From: Streblomastix strix
Taxonomy: Eukaryota
Length of the DNA stretch: 32,021 nucleotides
Assembly: GCA_008636045.1 (NCBI GenBank)
Contig: SNRW01000071.1
Location: forward strand, 1-32,021
Direction: 5' to 3'
Each line of letters opens with the position of its first letter. Position 1 is the stretch's first letter. Position numbers and translations under genes: made by a program. This document shows positions 23,122 through 32,021 of the stretch, one piece after another. The notes beneath the pieces were generated by a model, which was not told the origin of the DNA, did not search any database, and saw only the letters and a program-made list of their open reading frames with translations.

Positions 23122-26043
23122 TAATATCTTGTCATTTATAAATTATCTTATTTTAATTATTATTTCATAATGCATCAAGTTAAAATTCAATGCAATAAGT
23201 CACTTGATGCAAAAGGGAACGCTGTGTTGAATTAATATGAAAATGTTTGAAAATTGCAATTACAAACAAAAGATTACAGATTTGTTATATTAATAAAGTT
23301 TATAAAACGATTTAACATTTAAATTAAAAAAAGATAAAATACATGATTCACGAAAATAAGTTCGAATCTCAATCAAAAAAGTTGAGTTTAACATTATTAT
23401 TAGCAAAATCTAACCTACTTCTTCTATTATTAATTGTTTATGGATTTTTTCCCATTGCTTCTTCATTCAAACTAATCCACATTAAACTTTAATGCTTATT
23501 ACTTTTAACTTTATTTTCTTGTTCTAAAGAATTGGTGAAAACAAATCTACGAGTCTTTTCTTAAACAAATTTTTAATTTTAATTTTGTTTCTAATTACAT
23601 TTAATAAATCTTATCAGAATTTCAACCATCTCATATTAATTTCGAACGCTTTATTATCATTCATAACTCATTATTAAATCTTCCTAATTGTTTCGATAAA
23701 GAAGCGCCCTCCTCAAATTATACATCCTATTCTAACTTTCATCAAAAAATTCAAATGAAAAATTGTGTTTAAGAATTGGTTTGTTATTTTCTTAGGAATT
23801 AATCTTATTCAATTATTATCGACTGTGATTTTGTCTTTATCTGCTGATAAATGTTAAACTAATTTGCAATATATTATTTTCTAATAATTTCAATTTCTTT
23901 TTCAATGTTCTCTTGAAATTATGAACTATTTTGGATTTATTATTTATTTAAATTAAAACAATTGATTTTCTTTTTCCCATCATTTTTACGTATATTCTCA
24001 TCTTCTTCTTCTAAAACTCTCTCTAAATAATCATAAAATAAAATGAATTCTATTATTTATAAAATAAATTTATCAATATTTATTATATCATTTTTTTTTA
24101 AAGTCGTGTTTAAATTATCATTTTAATATCTAATATTTTCATTTATATTCTATTTATGGAAACTTTTATCGTTCTCTTTTTCAATTTCATTTACAAATGA
24201 TCAATTAACTCCTTCTGTTTATTTTATGTTATTATTCTAGTGTATTATTTTTTAATTTTTTCCTATTATAGATTTAATTTTCCTCATCATATCTATTATT
24301 TAAAATAAATCAAAAATAAAATAAGATATATGATGACTTTGACTTATCTTTCCTCCTTATTTTCTTCTAAATAAAAAATTATTTCTATTTCTTTTAATTT
24401 TCTTTCCTTCATCTCTCCTATCTACTAAATCACTCTCAATATCAACACTTAACAAAACTAATGGATTATTGAATAAAGAGAAATATTTATTTAGGGAAAA
24501 TTTTTATAAAGAAGAAGATTATTATTTATTTCATATTATTATGATTGCAATATTGGAGAACAAAATTCATTTTATGTACACAAAAAATTGTATAATCGCA
24601 TAAATTAGTAAAATTATTATTAATAAGTTCCATGAAAGTCTTATATTGTTATTTATTTTTATTATTCATTTTCATCTTTATTTGATGTATTATTTTCCTT
24701 CCAACAGTTTCTTAGAAATTATTCTATAATCATTCGAAAATTATATGTTTAACATTAGAAATGATATAAATGAAATTAGCCTTTTGTTTATTGCTTTTTT
24801 TATTTCTTTATCTTGTTTTTCGTCTTTTCTTATATTATCTATCTGAATATTTAATTGAAAATCTTAATCATTTATTAATTTTTATTCTAAATTATTTTTT
24901 CTTCTTCGTCATTTTTCAAAATTTTCATATAAATATTAACAATCTCTTTCTTCCAATTATTCAAAATATACATTTTCAATATGTCCTTGATATTCAAAAC
25001 AGCATAAGCACCACAAATCATTAAAATTCTTTTAAATAGTAATATTTATTAAATATTCTTTTGTATTTTAATTATTATATTTAACAAAATCTATTTTCAA
25101 TTAGGTTCCTTTTCTGTAATATTATTTTTCACTTAAGAAATCCATTGTACACAAAGAGTTATTTGAATACATTTATTATATTTATTACCATTCAAAAGAT
25201 TCAAGAAATAGTAGAGAAGGATAAGAAGATAGAGTAATTTAAACGATTGAAGGTGGAGAAGATTAAGCGATTGACGATAGAGAAAAAATTGGATTATTTT
25301 ATTTCTCCATTTAGGATATGAACAATTCTTAATTATTATACTCATTAATTTCTTCTACATCTTCAATTAGAAAATATTATTATTTGTCAAAGAAGATTTA
25401 ATTCTTCTAAGATTCAAATAATCTATTATTAATTTGTGAATATTTTTATAATCATGTTCCAGATGAAGTCACAATTGCTAATTGTGTTGATGATCCTGAA
25501 ATAGCATTTGTTCATTTTGAACTTCTAAAATAAAATGCAGATAGTGATACCACGCTCACAATTCGCATTCAGCTTGATTTGTACTTGCATGTACTTGAAT
25601 TATGCAATACCAATCAACACAGCCGCTTGCATAAATTATTTGATTTTACGCTTATCTATTAACTTCCATTTGTAGATTAGAAATTTAGTTGAAAATATAA
25701 ATGATATTAATTTATTGAAAATTTTATAAAGATGATATAAATATAAAAAATGCAGATAAATACTGTTTGAATTTTTGAATCACTTGATATAATCAAAATT
25801 AGTAAATTTTTGATATAAATATAATGTAATTCAGCAATTAAAAAATACACATAGATGAATAATGAAAATTTCAAGTCAAACATAAACTGTTGAAATCGTA
25901 ATAGTGTAATAATAAAATCAAATATCAAATAAAATTAATAAATAATAAGAAAAATTAGATAAATTAATAATAAATATTATTTTTATAATGATAAAATAAG
26001 GAAATATATTCAATTTAAATATATTTAAATCTAATACTTAAAA

Positions 26044-29000
26044 TAGTGTTGTTAAAATTCATCAATTTCGTCCGTCATGCCCTATTTTCGTGCGAGTAAT
26101 CCGGCAAAATTTCAAAATATAATAAAAAAATAACTGAAAAGTTTTTTATTATTGAGAAAACTAATTAGTGTTGCTTTTTAATAAATAAATATTTCAATAG
26201 GCAATTTAAATAAATTATTATTAATTTATTAGAATTATTTTGTCAAACTAGGAAGTTTAAGAGTTTTTTTTAAAAAAAAAAGAGAGAAAGCGTTTGATTT
26301 ACATATAAAAAAATTTACAAGTTATGAAGGACAAATTTAGTAAATATTTGTATTATTTATTAAAATAAATTGAAAATACTTAATTTGGTTATGTGTACCA
26401 AAAGTAAATTGCAAATTATCGGTTCCGTCACAATTTTTCTTTGAGACAGTTCCGACACTCCAATTAAATTTTGAAGGAAACTTCAAATGATTAATTTCTT
26501 ACCAGCAGTTAAGTATTTAATATATTATATTTTTGTAAATTAATTATATTGATGATATTTATAAATTTAAATATGAAACAATTATAAAATCTTACCGTTT
26601 CGATTAGTTTGAAACAAAAATGAAAAATTGGATATATTTATTTTTATTTTGAGAACAATAATAATTAATGCCAAAAGAAATTATTCAGCGAGAATGTATA
26701 TTTTAAGCATATTTTCAAAATATGGAATATAATTGAATGAGCAGCTATTGTGAAATTTATGCGTTACGTTACTAAATTAAATTGTGACGGAAGTTTTCCT
26801 CAGTTAAATGTTGAAATTTACAAGTTTAAATTTCCAGGTGCTGTTTGAAATCTATGTTGCATTTAGTATTTTCTTTAAAATTGAATACGTTTGAAAATCT
26901 AATTCAACATGAAGATGTTTGATATTAAAAAATAATGTATTTGTGGATTCTGGTAGCTAATCAAAATATTTCGTTTGTTTTAGTCATAGTATTTGCATAA
27001 TAAATGCTATATAAATAATATATTAATCATTATAATAACAATTTCTAAATTCGAATCAAATAATTAATTTATTTTATAAAAAAATGATTTAATATATGAA
27101 TGAATTATTTAATATTTCTTTATATATTTTCTAAACCTTCTTAAAGAACAATATTTAAATTTATTATTTTCAAAATTTATCAATTGAGAATATTTATATT
27201 TAGTAGAAAATCACAAATGCTAATTTTTTTCTTCAATTATAAATTTATCAAGATTCAACTGAATAATATTATTTCATTTATATGATTAATGCATATTCCT
27301 CTAATTTAAATAATTTCCCTTTATTATTATTATTTGTTATCTTTTATTTCGTCAATATCATCTTTCATAGATTTATTTATTTTGGGTCTAATTTATCCAA
27401 TGTATTTCAATATTGGAAATATAATAATTTCTTTTGGGCTAATAATTACAACAGCTCCTTATGCTTCGTGAAATTCAACAACTTTTTCTTCAGTATTTTT
27501 CAAATATTTTCAGTTTTTATTGAAAAAAAAGTTAATCTTTGCTGATTGTAAATATTTTAGTAGTCAATTTAGAATATATAAATTATTTAATTAAATTTAA
27601 AGGATTTAATGAGTTTGATAAGTTATCCTTAGACTAATAAATATCAAAATATCAAAACTTTTAATAACCAGACTTCTTTATGGATAAATGTTTTAATTAT
27701 GTTCATCTCCAGCTTCAACAAGAATACCATTTCTTAATATAGATCCTGTATATAATCTACAGTTTATCACAAATGAATGTTTTCCGAGATATTTAGTTTC
27801 AGCAAATGGAAGAAGTTTATTACTAATACTAACGAGTTGCAATGATCCTGTTATTCCATTACCCTTACCATGAAGCATTCCATCTTTTTAAAAGTGAGAA
27901 GGAACTTTAAACTACGTTGGAATTGGGATGACTTATTGTATATATCCTGGATTAAGTGCAAAGTCTTTTTATTATTCATCATCTAATAATTATTTCATGT
28001 CGAATAATATAAATACAGGAGAACCACAAGTAGTGGAAATGAATATAGCTGATGAACAGTGTTGTTTCCAGAACTTCTTGTAATTATGATTATCACCTTC
28101 ATCAGATTTAATATTTAAAGAGTTGTCTTCATTAATTTCTTCAGATATTTTCAATTTACTATTAATCTTTTAGATGTTGTGGTGCAATGAGGGTATTAGA
28201 ATTATATCTTTGATGCATTTTTCTTTCATATGATGTACTTATACTTTTCCATTTATCAGCACAGGAAGTTGTTTTCCACCTCCAATGAGTATCTTGTCAA
28301 ATCAAACATGATTTTTTTTTCGTTTAATAAATGGGTTTGTAAGTTCTCATCATTCGAATTGAGTTTGGACTTAATAAAGGATTTGTATAACTAATACTTG
28401 CAAACTTCTGTTGTAGACTTAGAACCTTTATACCATTACCCTGTTTGGCTGATACATACATGGCAGCCATTGATGGGTCATTGAATGAGATTGGGAATTA
28501 GAAAATGTTCGTTTCTGATATATTAATGAAAAGAGCTAAACATCCAGATGCAACGAGCATGAAAAGACAGGTATTAAAACACCACATTTCCTTCTAATTT
28601 GATCTGTATTGATGTATCTAATTCAGAACAATATCAAAACTTCTTGTTGTCAGATAGTACGAGCGAATTGTTTCCCTTACTTTCAATAATTCATATGATC
28701 TACTTTCTTCTCTATTCCAATTTGGCAAAGAGATTATTTCTTACGGAGAATATGAAGAACTTCATTCTCTTTAAAATCTGTTAAATTATCACTCGCTACA
28801 AAATCAGCTCCTCGAATAGTTTTCATCATTGCACAATAAACCATTTTTTCTCCATCATCTCTTAATTGAACAATTTGCGATTTAGCTATATTAATAAAAA
28901 TAAGTATTCATACAAATAAATGTATATATTTAGTTTTAAAGTTGAAGATTTTACTCTTAAAACATGGCTTTTCTTTTTCGTCTTCAAAGATTTTGATCAT

Positions 29001-29874
29001 AATTATTTTCCATGATATTTTTTTATTCAGAATATTCTAATATGGAGAACTGGAATTTAAATTAATTCTGGATTCTGATAAATTATCCCGATTATTTTTC
29101 TCAGTTTCGTCATTAATCTAAAATGGGAATTCTAGAAGCAAAAGTCTTGATATGATAGCTGAATGGTGAACTCGAGTGATTGTATCAGAAAAATAATTTT
29201 TATCGAACTCATTTCTACTAATATATTTATTTTCTTCATCTTAGACGAATAAAAATTCCCTTCTGCATGCAATATCAAACTTAGTCTAATCTCTACTAAC
29301 TTCTTAACTTAATTATAATTATAATTATGTTTGATAACTTTTTTTATTCATCTATTGTTTTAACCAAGTTTCTTCAATTCTATTACTTATTCAAGCAATT
29401 ATTTAAAGTCCATATTGTTGTAAGTAACGGGTACTTCAATTTATCTCATTCAATAATTCAGAGTATATGAAATGAGATACAAACAATTGGAGTATTATTA
29501 ATGTTCTTAAAATTGATATCATCCTTACATTCAATATAATCTTGTAGAATCACAGATAAAACCCATAAGAATATCTAAAAGGAGAAATCAAACAATAATA
29601 ATTACAATAATTAATTATTACAAAGAAATAATATTTCTTACTTAGTCAAGTCTAGATTTTATTTAAATTGGTTTAAAAAAGAAAAGTTGTACATCATCAA
29701 ACAATGATCTAGTTCCAAGAGAGTGAAATTTACATTCATGACATTAAAATAAAAGTTATTCTCCATTAATAGTAACAATAAGAAGAAAGTCAACATTTTA
29801 TCGTTAGAAATTTATTTTGAAATAACGATTACGTCCGTCAGATCATTTCTGTTTGACGAATTTTAACAGCCTTA
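26044..29874. mobile_element. Pair of degenerate hAT-like inverted termini 3.8 kb apart
   Basis: TAGTGTTGTTAAAATTCATCAA (26044-26065) versus the reverse complement of 29853-29874, TAAGGCTGTTAAAATTCGTCAA: 18/22 identical. Both ends have an adjacent CGTCCGTCA (26069, 29832), and TCCGTCA recurs within an inverted 14-mer at 26423-26436 and 26779-26792. Flanks ACTTAAAA and ATTTACAA match 6/8. Confidence 0.5.
27100..29820 (-). pseudogene. Decayed, intron-containing 5' portion of a DDB1/SF3B3(RSE1)/CPSF160/MMS1-family gene (N-terminus missing)
   Basis: Ordered fragments NVDFLLIVTINGEQLLFQ, NDPSMAAMYVS, KILIGGGKQLPVLING, AIFISTTCGSPVFILF, NPGYIQQVIPI, GKGNGITGSLQLVSISNKLLPFAETKYLG and GAVVIISPKEIIIF resemble successive motifs of this family's first and second propellers. 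There are multiple TGAs and frameshifts. Relic GT-AG introns lie at 29575-29641 and 28886-28954. Confidence 0.6.
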
Positions 29875-30099
29875 ATTTACAAATGGTGAATAAGTTTTAA
29901 AGAGCTCTAATGAATCAGTTTTTAAAAATGAGACGTTTGTAATTCATAAGTGAATTGTTCGTTTATCAGATGATAATTATTGTTTATATTTCTATGTAAA
30001 TATTAAATAAAGACAATAAACATAAAAAATAATAAAATATTATGTTTATTTTTATATATCAAAAAATATTATAGCTTTTGTTTGGATTAGAAATGTGTT

Positions 30100-31258
30100 T
30101 TTATTTATGATATTCATTATTAAATATACTAAGAAGATGTTATAAATATTAACAATAATAATAATTATTATAACATTAACAATATCTTCATCAATAATAA
30201 TCATTATAATATTAATTTCTAAATAAAAATAGATAAAATATTATTTATTTCCATAACAGCAATATTAAAAGGAATAAATATGAAACTGTATTTAAAATTT
30301 TAAATGAATTAAAATAGTTATTTCTAGTTTAATAAAATATTTAAGCCTTACAATAAAAAGTAAATAGATTAGATTATATAGAAAGAATAATTATATGATT
30401 GAAAGAATCAAACCATAATTTTACAAATAATCTACAGAAATAGAATAAATTAGAAACATAAATTTAGAATGAGTTTGATATAGATTTTTTTGATGAAATA
30501 AAAGATCATTCAATATATAGTTTCTAAGAGTATGGAGCTGGCTTTTGAAATTTTCCAGTCTTTATTAACCCCATATTTTGTTTTTAAATTGCTGTTAAAA
30601 TTATTAATATCTAAAATTAGCTCATTTTAATTTCTTCTGATTTATTTTTTTATGTAATTTATAATTATCTATTAATCTCTGGTTTTTGAAACATTTCTTT
30701 AAATATTTTCTTATTATATCACATTATTCATTTCAAAATTTTCAACCCCATTTTCTGCAATAATATTTTATTAAATTATTTAATTATTATTGTTTTCAAT
30801 CAAATCATCTTTTTCCATTTCTTTTTTTATTAATTATCTTTTTTTCTTATTTATTTTTTTCGTTCGTAACTGAATCATCTTTAAATTATTTATAATCATT
30901 TACATAAAATATCAATTATTAATTCAATTATTCTATATCTTTATTAATAGTTGAATCTTCATTCAATGCAATTTTTTTAATTGTTAATGTATCTTTTACC
31001 ATTTTCTATATTAATTAATGTTCTATACGATTATTAGTTTTTTCATCAGGATTATGAAGATAAGTAATAATTTTAAGTCTTTTTTAATCAATTCGCTGTT
31101 TTTCACCTATTTATCTTCTTACTACTTTTTTATATTTTTTTTCTTCATTTATTTTTATTCACGTTCTTTTTTAAAATCTATTTCATTTTATTCATATTTA
31201 TCATTTTTATTCTATTCCAACACTTCCTTCCATATTTATTCTTCCAATTGAGGTCTTA
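30100..31258 (-). pseudogene. Unidentified degenerate coding fragment truncated by the Tc1 element
   Basis: E/K/N/Q-rich coding-like sequence (PQLEEQIWKEVLEQNKND...) begins directly at the Tc1 terminus and has several frameshifts. No family was recognised and the left boundary is approximate. Confidence 0.4.
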
Positions 31259-31260
31259 TA

Positions 31261-32021
31261 CACTTCGAAAAAAAATTTATTTGAGACTGTTAAATGTTTT
31301 ATTTATTTAATGTGTATATCTAATTAATATATTATTTTATTTTGTTTTAATAATATATATAATATATTATTATATATATATATAATATATTATTTTAAAT
31401 TACTTACAGATCTTTTTTTGCAATTTTTCTGGAATGTATAAAAAAAATAAATAAATAGTATATATTTGAGAAAATCATTCGAATGTTTATTTATAGACAA
31501 ATAATGGAACATGAGTAATTCAGTATTTAATCCATTCCCCGTTGACCTTTAACACCTTTATCAGACGATTTGGTTCAGACATAACTACTGTCTTACGTTT
31601 CTCAGCGTCCAGTTTAGGCCATTCACGAAGAATTGCTTCTCGCAACGTCTCTCTATCATTGTAGGACAATGCATCTCTATATACTGCTCTTGATATCTCT
31701 GTCCACCAATTCTCTATCGGATTGAGATCAGGTGACTTTGATGGGGCGTTTACATAGTCAATTTCATTTTCTTTCAGGAACTTGATTGTACTTCGAGCTA
31801 CATGAATTGGAGCGTTATCTTGATAAAGTTGGAATTTCACACCAGGGAACTTGGTTCTCGCTTCATCGAACAATATCTTTATAGCCTTCTGATAGTCTTC
31901 TGCTTTCCATTTTGTATCGACAAACTGAATGTTTGATAGGAAGTCTAGAGAAATGCCAGCGAAAATCATCACAGACTGCTTAAAATTCTTTGATCGTTGT
32001 TCAACCGGAGGAGAAACGTCA
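31261..32021 (-). mobile_element. Tc1/mariner (IS630-Tc1) DNA transposon, 3' end (continues beyond the window)
   Basis: Transposase ORF plus a putative terminus TA|CACTTCGAAAAAAAATTTATTTGAGAC at 31261, preceded by TA (the Tc1-type TSD). The partner TIR lies outside the window, so this end is inferred. Confidence 0.75.
31520..32021 (-). CDS. DD34E Tc1-family transposase, C-terminal catalytic part (5'-partial)
   Basis: VMIFAGIS, YQDNAPIH and SPDLNPIENWW, with exactly 34 residues between D and E. The frame is open to the window edge (DVSPPVEQRSKNFKQSV...) and ends in TGA. Confidence 0.95.
   Translation of the reverse strand, partial: DVSPPVEQRSKNFKQSVMIFAGISLDFLSNIQFVDTKWKAEDYQKAIKILFDEARTKFPGVKFQLYQDNAPIHVARSTIKFLKENEIDYVNAPSKSPDLNPIENWWTEISRAVYRDALSYNDRETLREAILREWPKLDAEKRKTVVMSEPNRLIKVLKVNGEWIKY

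Larger units (their letters stand above)
22915..23224. mobile_element. 310-bp non-autonomous hAT-type element (MITE)
   Basis: Perfect 11-bp TIR CAGCGTTCCCT...AGGGAACGCTG, flanked by a perfect 8-bp TSD TGTTGAAT (22907-22914 and 23225-23232). An 8-bp TSD with CAG-start TIRs is characteristic of hAT. No coding capacity. Confidence 0.92.
22300..25930 (-). pseudogene. Decayed 3' portion of a DDB1/SF3B3(RSE1)/CPSF160-family beta-propeller gene (boundaries approximate)
   Basis: Coding-like stretches broken by TGAs and frameshifts. Fragments IIYASGCVD, VVSLSAFYF, QLAIVTSSGT*LQ and VQITLSSYPSLLFLESFEWQQ parallel the remembered SF3B3 segments LYLNIGLQNG, VKLFRV, AVLAMSSRSWLSY and FHLTPLSYETLEFASGFASEQ. 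Below ~25100 the sequence is coding-like but unrecognisable, and it is interrupted by the MITE. Confidence 0.5.

Noticed and set aside
29750..29796. Apparent signal peptide MLTFFLLLLLME on the minus strand
   Set aside because: The overlapping frame (NVDFLLIVTINGE) fits the DDB1/SF3B3-like motif order and the downstream intron phase. The hydrophobic run is likely an off-frame artefact.
30590..30602. GCTGTTAAAATT match to the hAT-like terminus core
   Set aside because: A short AT-rich match lacking the terminal bases and the CGTCCGTCA motif; likely chance.
371..31251. Most short ORFs in the supplied six-frame track (F/L/I/Y-rich or N/K-rich peptides)
   Set aside because: They are antisense or off-frame shadows of table-6 genes and relics. 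Only 1158-1361, 15239-15562, part of 18054-18254, 27693-27878 and 31520-31972 coincide with real or relic reading frames.
31350..31396. TA-rich short duplication or microsatellite
   Set aside because: Simple low-complexity sequence in the transposon 3' region, with no evidence of function.

Overview
AT-rich eukaryotic genomic DNA that uses a non-standard code (TAA/TAG = Gln, TGA = stop; translation table 6) and has 60-150 nt GT-AG introns. This fits an oxymonad such as Streblomastix, but a ciliate-type source cannot be excluded from sequence alone. Most ORFs in the supplied track are artefacts of the standard code. The left 22 kb holds three intact genes: a >4,100-aa EPG5-like protein (-), a 9-exon protein whose SPRY domain is split by a ~315-aa insertion (-), and a 7-exon TTBK/CK1-group kinase (+). 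The kinase has one in-frame TGA just after the catalytic domain, followed by 995 more open codons ending in a CaaX box (SCCIIL*). This is the most notable feature: a candidate readthrough or 15-nt micro-intron switch between a short soluble and a long lipid-anchored kinase. The right 10 kb is decayed and transposon-rich. It contains a fragmented DDB1/SF3B3(RSE1)/CPSF160-family pseudogene, a 310-bp hAT-type MITE with a perfect 8-bp TSD, a pair of older hAT-like ends, and the 3' part of a DD34E Tc1-family transposon. All translations were done by hand, and homology calls rest on remembered motifs, not database searches.
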